Of a stretch of DNA of 64,000 bases, positions 1-12,409 are shown piece after piece. The DNA is from the human T2T-CHM13v2.0 reference genome, Homo sapiens, in assembly GCF_009914755.1 (NCBI RefSeq), contig NC_060945.1; one strand, 5' to 3'. The notes under the pieces are model-generated. The model made no database searches, was not told the origin of the DNA, and saw only the letters and a program-made list of their open reading frames with translations. Each line of letters opens with the position of its first letter. The first letter of the stretch is position 1. Made by a program: the position numbers and the translations under genes.

Positions 1-3000
1 AGAAGTTTCTCAAAGTGCTTCTGTTTATTTTTTTTATGAAGATATTTCCTTTTCCACTATGGGCCACAGAGCGCTCCAAATATCGACTTGCAGATTCTAC
101 AAAAAGAGTGTTTCAAAACTGCTCAATCAATAGAAAGTTTGAAGTCTGTGAGATGAATGCACACATCACAAAGGAGTTTCTAAGAATGCTTCCATCTGAA
201 TTTTATGTGAGGATATTTCCTTTTTCACCATAGGCCTCAGTACACTCCAAATATCCATTTACAGATAATACAAATGACTGTATCCAAACTGCTCAATCAA
301 AAGAAAGTTCAACTGTGTATGATGAAGGCACACATCACAAGGCTGTTTCTCAGAAAGATTTTGTCTAGTTTTTAGGTGAAGATATTTCTTATTTCCCCAG
401 AGGCCTCAATGGGCTCTCAAATATTCCCTTTCATATTCTACTAAATGACTGTATCGAAGCTGCTCAATCAAAAGACGGGTTTAACAGTGTGAGACGAAAA
501 TACACCTTCCTAGGAAGTTTCTCAGAATTCTTCTTTCTAGTTTTTTATGTGAAGATATTTCCTTTTCCACTATAGGCCTCAAAGCGTTCCAAATATCCAC
601 TTGCAGATACCACAAATAGAGCGTTTCAAAACTGCTCAATCAAAAGAAAGGTTCAACTCTGTGAGATGAATGCAGACATCAAAAAGAAGTTTCTCAGAAT
701 GCTTCCGCCTAGTTTTTATGTGAAGATATTTCCTTTTTCACCATAGGCCTCAAAGCACTGGTAATATCCATTTGCAGATACTACAAAAAGACTGTTCCCA
801 AACTGCTCAATAAAAAGAAAGTTTCAACTCTATGAGATAAAAGCAAATATCACAAAGAAGTTTCTCAGAAACTTTCTATCTAGTTTTTATGTGAACATAT
901 TTCTTATCACCCCATAGACCTCAATCGGCTCACAAGTATCCTTCTGCAGATTGTAAAAAACTACTGTTTCCAAACCGCTCAATCACAGGAAAGGTTTAAC
1001 TCTGTGAAATGAATGCATCCATCACAGAGAAGTTTCTCAGAATGCTTCCGTCTCGTTTTCATGTGAAGAAGATTCCTTTTCCACCATATTCCTCATGCGC
1101 TCCAAATAAACACTTGCAGATTCCGCTAAAAGAGTGTTTCAAAACTGCTCAACCAAAAGAAAGGTTCTAGTCGGTGAGATGAATGCACACATCACAAAGA
1201 AGTTTCTATGAATGCTTCTGTCTGATTTATATTGAAGATATTTCCTTTTTCACCGTAGGCCTCAGAGTGCTTAAAATATCCATTTGCAGATACTAGAAAA
1301 GACTGTTTCCAAACTGCTCAATCAAAATAAAGTTCAACTCAGTGAGATGAATGCACACATCACCAAGACGTTTCTGAGAAAGATTCTGTCTCGTTTTTAT
1401 GTGAAGATATTTCCTGTTTCCCCAGAGGCATCAATGGGCTCACAAATATTCCTTTGCATATTCTACAAAATGACTGTTTAGAAGGTGCTCAATCAAAAAA
1501 AAAGTTCAACAGTGTGAGATGAATGCGCCCATTCAAAGGAAGTTTCTCAGAATTCTTCTATCTAGTTTTTATGTGAAGATATTTCCTTTTTCACTATAGG
1601 CCACAAAGTGCTCCAAATATCCACTTGCAGACTCTACGAAACGAGTGTATCCACACTGCTCAAACAAAAGAAAATTTCAACTGTGTGAGATGAATGCACA
1701 CATCAAAATAAATTTCTCCAAAACTTCTGCCTACTTTTTATGGGAAGATATTTCGTTTTTCAACGTAGGCCAAAAGCACTCCAAATATCAATTTGCAGAT
1801 TCTACAAAAAGACTGTTTCCAAACTGCTCAATCAACAGAAAGTTTCAACCCGGTGAGTAGAAGTCACACATGACAAAATAGTTTCTCAGAAAGTATCTGT
1901 CTAGTTTTTACGTGAAGATATTTCCTATCACCCCAGAAGCCTCAATGGGCTCACAAATATTCCTTTGCAGATTCTACAAAAAGGCAGTTTCAAAACTGCT
2001 GAATCAAAAGAAAGGTTCAACTCTGGGAGATGAATGCACAGATCACAAATAAGTTCCTCAGAATGCTGCTGCCTAGTTTTAATGGGAAGAGATTTCCTTT
2101 TCCACCATAGGCCTCAAAGCTCTCCAAATAGCCATTTGCAGATACTGTAAAAAGACTGTTTCCAAACTGCTGAATCAAAAGAAAGGTTGAACTCCATGAG
2201 TTGAATGCACACGTCATAAAGAAGTTTCTCAGAATGGTTCTGACTAGTTTTTATGTGCAGATATTTTCTTTTCCACCATAGGCCTCAAAGCGCTGAAAAT
2301 ATCCACTTGAAGATTCTACAGAAAGAGAGTTTCAAAACTGCTCAAACAAAAGAAAGATTCAACTCTGTGAGATGAATGCACACATCACAAAGAAGTTTCT
2401 CAGAATGCTACTGTCTAGTTTTATGTAAAGATATTTCCTTTTCTACTCTAGGCCACAAAGCACTCCAAATATCAACTTGCAGATTCTGCAGAAAGAGTTT
2501 TTCAAAGCTGCTCAATCAAAAGAAAAGTTCAACTCCTTGAGATGAATGCACACATCATGAAGTTCCTCAGAATGCTTCTATTTTTATGTGAAGATATATC
2601 CTTTTCTACCATAGACCACAAAACGCTCCAAATATCCCCTTGCAGTTTCTACTAAAATAGTGTTTCCAAACGGCTCAATCAAAAGAAAGTTTCAACTTTG
2701 TGAGATGAATGCACACATCACAAAGAAGTTTCTCAGAATGCTTCTGTCTAGTTTTATGTAAAGATATTTCCTTTTCTACTATAGGCCACAAAGCACTCCA
2801 AATATCAACTTGCAGATTCTGCAGAAAGAGTTTTTCAAAGCTGCTCAATCAAAAGACAAGTTAAACTCTTTGAGATGAATGCACACATCATGAAGTTCCT
2901 CAGAATGCTTCTATTTTTATGTGAAGATATATCCTTTTCTACCATAGACCACAAAACGCTCCAAATATCCCCTTGCAGTTTCTACTAAAAGAGTGTTTCC

Positions 3001-4247
3001 AAACGGCTCAATCAAAAGAAAGTTTCAACTCTGTGAGATGAATGCACACAACATTAAGTAGTGTCTCAGTAATTTTCTGTCTAGTTTTTATGTGAAGATA
3101 TTTCCTTTCCTACTATAGGCCTGAAAGTGCTGCAAATATCCGTTTGCAGATACTGCAAAAAGACTGTTTCCACACTGCTCAATCAAAGGAAATGTCCAAC
3201 TCTGTGAGTTGAATGCACGCATCTCAAAGAGATTACTTATAATGATTCTGTCTAGTTTTGATGTGAAGATATTTGCTTTTCCACCAGTGGCCTCAAACTC
3301 TCCAAATATCCACTTGCAGATTCTACAATAAGAGTGTTTCAAAACTGCTCAATCAAAGAAAGGTTCAACACTGTGAGATGAATGCACACGTCACAAAGCA
3401 CTTTCTTAGAATGCTTCTGTCTAGCTTTTATGTGAAGATATTTCCTTTTTCACCATAGGCTGCAAAGCGCTCCAAATATCCCTTTCAGATTCTACAGAAA
3501 GAGTATTTCAAAACTGTTCAATCAAAAGAGAAACTCAACTCTGGTGATGAATGCACGCATCACAAAGCAGTTTCTCATAATGTTTCTGTCTAGTTTTTAT
3601 GTGAAGATATTTCATTCTCCACTATAGGCCGTAATGCACTCCTAATATCCACTTGCAGATTCTACAAAAAGACTGTTTGCAAACTGCTCAAACAAAAGAA
3701 AAGTTCAACTCTGTGAGTTGAATGAGCACATCACAAAGAAGTTTCTCAGAATGCTTCTGTCTAGTTTTTATGTGAATATATTTCCTTTTCCACTATAGGC
3801 CATCATGCGCTCCAAATATCCACTTGCAGATTCTACAAAAAGACTGTTTCCAAACTGCTCAATCAAAAGAAAAGCTCAACTCTGTGAGTTGAATGAGCAC
3901 ATCACAAAGAAGTTTCTCAGAATGTTTCTATCTAGTTTTTATGTGAATATATTTCCTTTTCCACCACAGGCCACAAAACCTCCAAATATCCACTTGAAGA
4001 TTCTACAAAAAGAGTGCTTCAAAAATGCTCAATCAAAAGAAAGGTTCAACTCTTCGAGATGGACGCACACATCACAAAGAAGCTTCTCAGAATGTTTCTG
4101 TCTAGTTTTTTTGTGAAGATATTTCCTTTTCCACCGTAGTCCTCAAGTCTCTCCAAATATCTACTTTCAGAATCTCCAAAAAGAGTGTTTTAAAACTGCT
4201 GTACCAAAGAAAGTTTCATGTCTGAGATATGACTGCATACAACACAG
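1..4247 (-). repeat. HOR copy U1, 25-mer, haplotype A
   Basis: The unit is phased on agaagtttctcaaagtgcttctg at 1 and 4248, and I counted 25 box-position motifs. Markers are aaaaggcag, aaaatagtg, aacattaagtag and the 1-bp deletion aatcaaagaaagg. Confidence 0.93.
2358..3023. repeat. Tandem 2 x 333 bp dimer duplication defining the 25-mer (also at 6605-7270, 14767-15432, 19014-19679, 23261-23926, 27509-28174)
   Basis: The motif ttatgtaaag occurs at 2421 and 2754. The short monomer catcatgaagttcctcagaatgcttctatttttatg occurs twice in 25-mers and once in 23-mers. Confidence 0.93.
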
Positions 4248-7200
4248 AGAAGTTTCTCAAAGTGCTTCTGTTTATTTTTTTTATGAAGATATTTCCTTTT
4301 CCACTATGGGCCACAGAGCGCTCCAAATATCGACTTGCAGATTCTACAAAAAGAGTGTTTCAAAACTGCTCAATCAATAGAAAGTTTGAAGTCTGTGAGA
4401 TGAATGCACACATCACAAAGGAGTTTCTAAGAATGCTTCCATCTGAATTTTATGTGAGGATATTTCCTTTTTCACCATAGGCCTCAGTACACTCCAAATA
4501 TCCATTTACAGATAATACAAATGACTGTATCCAAACTGCTCAATCAAAAGAAAGTTCAACTGTGCATGATGAATGCACACATCACAAGGGTGTTTCTCAG
4601 AAAGATTTTGTCTTGTTTTTAGGTGAAGATATTTCTTATTTCCCCAGAGGCCTCAATGGGCTCTCAAATATTCCCTTTCATATTCTACTAAATGACTGTA
4701 TCGAAGCTGCTCAATCAAAAGACGGGTTTAACAGTGTGAGACGAAAATACACCTTCCTAGGAAGTTTCTCAGAATTCTTCTTTCTAGTTTTTTATGTGAA
4801 GATATTTCCTTTTCCACTATAGGCCTCAAAGCGTTCCAAATATCCAATTGCAGATACTACAAATAGAGCGTTTCAAAACTGCTCAATCAAAAGAAAGGTT
4901 CAACCCTGTGAGATGAATGCAGACATCAAAAAGAAGTTTCTCAGAATGTTTCCGCCTTGTTTTTATGTGAAGATATTTCCTTTTTCACCATAGGCCTCAA
5001 AGCACTGGTAATATCCATTTGCAGATACTACAAAAAGACTGTTCCCAAACTGCTCAATAAAAAGAAAGTTTCAACTCTAGGAGATAAAAGCAAATATCAC
5101 AAAGAAGTTTCTCAGAAACTTTCTATCTAGTTTTTATGTGAACATATTTCTTATCACCCCATAGACCTCAATCGGCTCACAAGTATCCTTCTGCAGATTG
5201 TAAAAAACTACTGTTTCCAAACCGCTCAATCACAGGAAAGGTTTAACTCTGTGAAATGAATGCATCCATCACAGAGAAGTTTCTCAGAATGCTTCCGTCT
5301 CGTTTTCATGTGAAGAAGATTCCTTTTCCACCATATTCCTCATGCGCTCCAAATAAACACTTGCAGATTCCGCTAAAAGAGTGTTTCAAAACTGCTCAAT
5401 CAAAAGAAAGGTTCTAGTCGGTGAGATGAATGCACACATCACAAAGAAGTTTCTATGAATGCTTCTGTCTGGTTTATATTGAAGATATTTCCTTTTTCAC
5501 CGTAGGCCTCAGAGTGCTTAAAATATCCATTTGCAGATACTAGAAAAGACTGTTTCCAAACTGCTCAATCAAAATAAAGTTCAACTCAGTGAGATGAATG
5601 CACACATCACCAAGACGTTTCTGAGAAAGATTCTGTCTCGTTTTTATGTGAAGATATTTCCTGTTTCCCCAGAGGCATCAATGGGCTCACAAATATTCCT
5701 TTGCATATTCTACAAAATGACTGTTTAGAAGGTGCTCAATCAAAAAAAAAGTTCAACAGTGTGAGATGAATGCGCCCACTCAAAGGAAGTTTCTCAGAAT
5801 TCTTCTATCTAGTTTTCATGTGAAGATATTTCCTTTTTCACTATAGGCCACAAAGTGCTCCAAATATCCACTTGCAGACTCTACGAAACGAGTGTATCCA
5901 CACTGCTCAATCAAAAGAAAATTTCAACTGTGTGAGATGAATGCACACATCAAAATAAATTTCTCCAAAACTTCTGCCTACTTTTTATGGGAAGATATTT
6001 CGTTTTTCAACGTAGGCCAAAAGCACTCCAAATATCAATTTGCAGATTCTACAAAAAGACTGTTTCCAAACTGCTCAATCAACAGAAAGTTTCAACCCGG
6101 TGAGTAGAAGACACACATGACAAAATAGTTTCTCAGAAAGTATCTGTCTAGTTTTTACGTGAAGATATTTCCTATCACCCCAGAAGCCTCAATGGGCTCA
6201 CAAATATTCCTTTGCAGATTCTACAAAACGACAGTTTCAAAACTGCTGAATCAAAAGAAAGGTTCAACTCTGGGAGATGAATGCACAGATCACAAATGAG
6301 TTTCTCAGAATGCTGCTGCCTAGTTTTAATGGGAAGAGATTTCCTTTTCCACCATAGGCCTCAAAGCTCTCCAAATAGCCATTTGCAGATACTGTAAAAA
6401 GACTGTTTCCAAACTGCTGAATCAAAAGAAAGGTTGAACTCCATGAGTTGAATGCACACGTCATAAAGAAGTTTCTCAGAATGCTTCTGACTAGTTTTTA
6501 TGTGAAGATATTTTCTTTTCCACCATAGGCCTCAAAGCGCTGAAAATATCCACTTGAAGATTCTACAGAAAGAGAGTTTCAAAACTGCTCAAAAAAAAGA
6601 AAGATTCAACTCTGTGAGATGAATGCACACATCACAAAGAAGTTTCTCAGAATGCTTCTGTCTAGTTTTATGTAAAGATATTTCCTTTTCTACTCTAGGC
6701 CACAAAGCACTCCAAATATCAACTTGCAGATTCTGCAGAAAGAGTTATTCAAAGCTGCTCAATCAAAAGAAAAGTTCAACTCCTTGAGACGAATGCACAC
6801 ATCATGAAGTTCCTCAGAATGCTTCTATTTTTATGTGAAGATATATCCTTTTCTACCATAGACCACAAAACGCTCCAAATATCCCCTTGCAGTTTCTACT
6901 AAAAGAGTGTTTCCAAAAGGCTCAATCAAAAGAAAGTTTCAAATCTGTGAGATGAATGCACACATCACAAAGAAGTTTCTCAGAATGCTTCTGTCTAGTT
7001 TTATGTAAAGATATTTCCTTTTCTACTATAGGCCACAAAGCACTCCAAATATCAACTTGCAGATTCTGCAGAAAGAGTTTTTCAAAGCTGCTCAGTCAAA
7101 AGACAAGTTCAACTCTTTGAGATGAATGCACACATCATGAAGTTCCTCAGAATGCTTCTATTTTTATGTGAAGATATATCCTTTTCTACCATAGACCACA

Positions 7201-8495
7201 AAACGCTCCAAATATCCCCTTGCAGTTTCTACTAAAAGAGTGTTTCCAAACGGCTCAATCAAAAGAAAGTTTCAACTCTGTGAGATGAATGCACACATCA
7301 TTAAGAAGTGTCTCAGTAATTTTCTGTCTAGTTTTTATGTGAAGATATTTCCTTTCCTACTATAGGCCTGAAAGTGCTGCAAATATCCGTTTGCAGATAC
7401 TGCAAAAAGACTGTTTCCACACTGCTCAATCAAAGGAAATGTCCAACTCTGTGAGTTGAATGCACGCATCTCAAAGAGATTACTTATAATGATTCTGTCT
7501 GGTTTTGATGTGAAGATATTTGCTTTTCCACCAGTGGCCTCAAACTCTCCAAATATCCACTTGCAGATTCTACAATAAGAGTGTTTCAAAACTGCTCAAT
7601 CAAAAGAAAGGTTCAACACTGTGAGATGAATGCACACGTCACAAAGCACTTTCTTAGAATGCTTCTGTCTAGCTTTTATGTGAAGATATTTCCTTTTTCA
7701 CCATAGGCTGCAAAGCGCTCCAAATATCCCTTTCAGATTCTACAGAAAGAGTATTTCAAAACTGTTCAATCAAAAGAGAAACTCAACTCTGGTGATGAAT
7801 GCACGCATCACAAAGCAGTTTCTCATAATGTTTCTGTCTAGTTTTTATGTGAAGATATTTCATTCTCCACTATAGGCCGTAATGCACTCCTAATATCCAC
7901 TTGCAGATTCTACAAAAAGACTGTTTGCAAACTGCTCAAACAAAAGAAAAGTTCAACTCTGTGAGTTGAATGAGCACATCACAAAGAAGTTTCTCAGAAT
8001 GCTTCTGTCTAGTTTTTATGTGAATATATTTCCTTTTCCACTATAGGCCGTCATGCGCTCCAAATATCCACTTGCAGATTCTACAAAAAGACTGTTTCCA
8101 AACTGCTCAATCAAAAGAAAAGCTCAACTCTGTGAGTTGAATGAGCACATCACAAAGAAGTTTCTCAGAATGCTTCTATCTAGTTTTTATGTGAATATAT
8201 TTCCTTTTCCACCACAGGCCACAAACCCTCCAAATATCCACTTGAAGATTCTACAAAAAGAGTGCTTCAAAAATACTCAATCAAAAGAAAGGTTCAACTC
8301 TTCGAGATGGACGCACACATCACAAAGAAGCTTCTCAGAATGTTTCTGTCTAGTTTTTTTGTGAAGATATTTCCTTTTCCACTGAAGTCCTCAAGTCTCT
8401 CCAACTATCTACTTTCAGAATCTCCAAAAAGAGTGTTTTAAATCTGCTGTACCAAAGAAAGTTTCATGTCTGAGATATGACTGCATACAACACAG
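4248..8495 (-). repeat. HOR copy U2, 25-mer, haplotype B
   Basis: The MTAYNTE anchors at 4229 and 8477 are 4248 bp apart. Markers are cccactc, gaagacac, ttattc, cagtcaaaagac and ctgtctgg. Confidence 0.93.
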
Positions 8496-11400
8496 AGAAC
8501 TTTCTCAAAGTGCTTCTGTTTATTTTTCTTATGAAGATATTTCCTTTTCCACTATGGGCCACAGAGCGCTCCAAATATCCACTGGCAGATTCTACAAAAA
8601 GAGTGTTTCAAAACTGCTCAATCAATAGAAAGTTTGAAGTCTGTGAGATGAATGTGCACATCACAAAGGAGTTTCTAAGAATGCTTCCATCTGAATTTTA
8701 TGTGAGGATATTTCCTTTTTCACCATAGGCCTCAATACACTCCAAATATCCATTTACAGATAATACAAATGACTGTATCCAAACTGCTCAATCAAAAGAA
8801 AGTTCAACTGTGCATGATGAATGCACACATCACAAGGGTGTTTCTCAGAAAGATTTTGTCTTGTTTTTAGGTGAAGATATTTCTTATTTCCCCAGAGGCC
8901 TCAATGGGCTCTCAAATATTCCCTTTCATATTCTACTAAATGACTGTATCGAAGCTGCTCAATCAAAAGACGGGTTTAACAGTGTGAGACGAAAATACAC
9001 CTTCCTAGGAAGTTTCTCAGAATTCTTCTTTCTAGTTTTTTATGTGAAGATATTTCCTTTTCCACTATAGGCCTCAAAGCGTTCCAAATATCCAATTGCA
9101 GATACTACAAATAGAGCGTTTCAAAACTGCTCAATCAAAAGAAAGGTTCAACTCTGTGAGATGAATGCAGACATCAAAAAGAAGTTTCTCAGAATGCTTC
9201 CGCCTTGTTTTTATGTGAAGATATTTCCTTTTTCACCATAGGCCTCAAAGCACTGGTAATATCCATTTGTAGATACTACAAAAAGACTGTTCCCAAACTG
9301 CTCAATAAAAAGAAAGTTTCAACTCTATGAGATAAAAGCTAATATCACAAAGAAGTTTCTCAGAAACTTTCTATCTAGTTTTTATGTGAACATATTTCTT
9401 ATCACCCCATAGACCTCAATCGGCTCACAAGTATCCTTCTGCAGATTGTAAAAAACTACTGTTTCCAAACCGCTCAATCACAGGAAAGGTTTAACTCTGT
9501 GAAATGAATGCATCCATCACAGAGAAGTTTCTCAGAATGCTTCCGTCTCGTTTTCATGTGAAGAAGATTCCTTTTCCACCATATTCCTCATGCGCTCCAA
9601 ATAAACACTTGCAGATTCCGCTAAAAGAGTGTTTCAAAACTGCTCAATCAAAAGAAAGGTTCTAGTCGGTGAGATGAATGCACACATCACAAAGAAGTTT
9701 CTATGAATGCTTCTGTCTGATTTATATTGAAGATATTTCCTTTTTAACCGTAGGCCTCAGAGTGCTTAAAATATCCATTTGCAGATACTAGAAAAGACTG
9801 TTTCCAAACTGCTCAATCAAAATAAAGTTCAACTCAGTGAGATGAATGCACACATCACCAAGACGTTTCTGAGAAAGATTCTGTCTCGTTTTTATGTGAA
9901 GATATTTCCTGTTTCTCCAGAGGCATCAATGGGCTCACAAACATTCCTTTGCTATTCTACAAAATGACTGTTTAGAAGGTGCTCAATCAAAAAAAAAGTT
10001 CAACAGTGTGAGATGAATGCGCCCATTCAAAGGAAGTTTCTCAGAATTCTTCTATCTAGTTTTTATGTGAAGATATTTCCTTTTTCACTATAGGCCACAA
10101 AGTGCTCCAAATATCCACTTGCAGACTCTACAAAACGAGTGTATCCACACTGCTCAATCAAAAGAAAATTTCAACTGTGTGAGATGAATGCACACATCAA
10201 AATAAATTTCTCCAAAACTTCTGCCTACTTTTTATGGGAAGATATTTCGTTTTTCAACGTAGGCCAAAAGCACTCCAAATATCAATTTGCAGATTCTACA
10301 AAAAGACTGTTTCCAAACTGCTCAATCAACAGAAAGTTTCAACCCGGTGAGTAGAAGTCACACATGACAAAATAGTTTCTCAGAAGGTATCTGTCTAGTT
10401 TTTATGTGAAGATATTTCCTATCACCCCAGAAGCCTCAATGGGCTCACAAATATTCCTTTGCAGATTCTACAAAACGACAGTTTCAAAACTGCTGAATCA
10501 AAAGAAAGGTTCAACTCTGTGAGATGAATGCACAGATCACAAATAAGTTTCTCAGAATGCTGCTGTCTAGTTTTTATGGGAAGAGATTTCCTTTTCCACC
10601 ATAGGCCTCAAAGCTCTCCAAATAGCCATTTGCAGATACTGTAAAAAGACTGTTTCCAAACTGCTGAATCAAAAGAAAGGTTGAACTCCATGAGTTGAAT
10701 GCACACGTCACAAAGAAGTTTCTCAGAATGCTTCTGACTAGTTTTTATGTGAAGATATTTTCTTTTCCACCATAGGCCTCAAAGCGCTGAAAATATCCAC
10801 TTGAAGATTCTACAGAAAGAGAGTTTCAAAACTGCTCAAACAAAAGAAAGATTCAACTCTGTGAGATGAATGCACACATCACAAAGAAGTTTCTCAGAAT
10901 GCTTCTGTCTAGTTTTATGTAAAGATATTTCCTTTTCTACTATAGGCCACAAAGCATTCCAAATATCAACTTGCAGATTCTGCAGAAAGAGTTTTTCAAA
11001 GCTGCTCAATCAAAAGAAAAGTTCAACTCTTTGAGATGAATGCACACATCATGAAGTTCCTCAGAATGCTTCTATTTTTATGTGAAGATATATCCTTTTC
11101 TACCATAGACCACAAAACTCTCCAAATATCCCCTTGCAGTTTCTACTAAAAGAGTGTTTCCAAACTGCTCAATCAAAAGAAAGTTTCAACTCTGTGAGAT
11201 GAATGCACACATCATTAAGAAGTTTCTCAGTAATTTTCTGTCTAGTTTTTATGTGAAGATATTTCCTTTCCTACTATAGGCCTGAAAGTGCTGCAAATAT
11301 CCGTTTGCAGATACTGCAAAAAGACTGTTTCCACACTGCTCAATCAAAGGAAATGTCCAACTCTGTGAGTTGAATGCACGCATCTCAAAGAGATTACTTA

Positions 11401-12409
11401 TAATGATTCTGTCTAGTTTTGATGTGAAGATATTTGCTTTTCCACCAGTGGCCTCAAACTCTCCAAATATCCACTTGCAGATTCTACAATAAGAGTGTTT
11501 CAAAACTGCTCAATCAAAAGAAAGGTTCAACACTGTGAGATGAATGCACACGTCACAAAGCACTTTCTTAGAATGCTTCTGTCTAGCTTTTATGTGAAGA
11601 TATTTCCTTTTTCACCATAGGCTGCAAAGCGCTCCAAATATCCCTTTCAGATTCTACAGAAAGAGTGTTTCAAAACTGTTCAATCAAAAGAGAAACTCAA
11701 CACTGGTGATGAATGCACGCATCACAAAGCAGTTTCTCATAATGTTTCTGTCTAGTTTTTATGTGAAGATATTTCATTCTCCACTATAGGCCGTAATGCA
11801 CTCCTAATATCCACTTGCAGATTCTACAAAAAGACTGTTTGCAAACTGCTCAAACAAAAGAAAAGTTCAACTCTGTGAGTTGAATGAGCACATCACAAAG
11901 AAGTTTCTCAGAATGCTTCTGTCTAGTTTTTATGTGAATATATTTCCTTTTCCACTATAGGCCGTCATGCGCTCCAAATATCCACTTGCAGATTCTACAA
12001 AAAGACTGATTCCAAACTGCTCAATCAAAAGAAAAGCTCAACTCTGTGAATTGAATGAGCACATCACAAAGAAGTTTCTCAGAATGCTTCTATCTCGTTT
12101 TTATGTGAATATATTTCCTTTTCCACCACAGGCCACAAACACTCCAAATATCCACTTGAAGATTCTACAAAAAGAGTGCTTCAAAAATGCTCAATCAAAA
12201 GAAAGGTTCAACTCTTTGAGATGGATGCACACATCACAAAGAAGCTTCTCAGAATGTTTCTGTCTAGTTTTTTTGTGAAGATATTTCCTTTTCCACCGTA
12301 GTCCTCAAGTCTCTCCAAATATCTACTTTCAGAATCTCCAAAAAGAGTGTTTTAAAACTGCTGTACCAAAGAAAGTTTCATGTCTGAGATATGACTGCAT
12401 ACAACACAG
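8496..12409 (-). repeat. HOR copy U3, 23-mer, haplotype c
   Basis: The spacing is 3914 bp and there is a single copy of the 333 bp dimer. Markers are aaacattcctttgctattc (1-bp deletion) and aagcattcc. Confidence 0.93.

Noticed and set aside
686-706. TTCTCAGAA dyad (STAT/GAS-like) and GAA/TTC repeats (HSE-like) in most monomers
   Set aside because: This is a generic part of the alpha-satellite consensus and the HSE spacing is imperfect. Sequence alone gives no evidence of function.
1495-1503. A9 tract as a possible retrotransposon tail
   Set aside because: It is a single substitution in aatcaaaagaaag and is present in every HOR copy. There is no adjacent L1 or Alu sequence and no target-site duplication.
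1750-1771. CENP-B-box-like atttcgtttttcaacgtaggcc in monomer 11 of each HOR
   Set aside because: Against the core NCCCGNNTNNNNCGAAN it has TCGT for CCCG and CGTA for CGAA, which is four mismatches in the nine essential bases.
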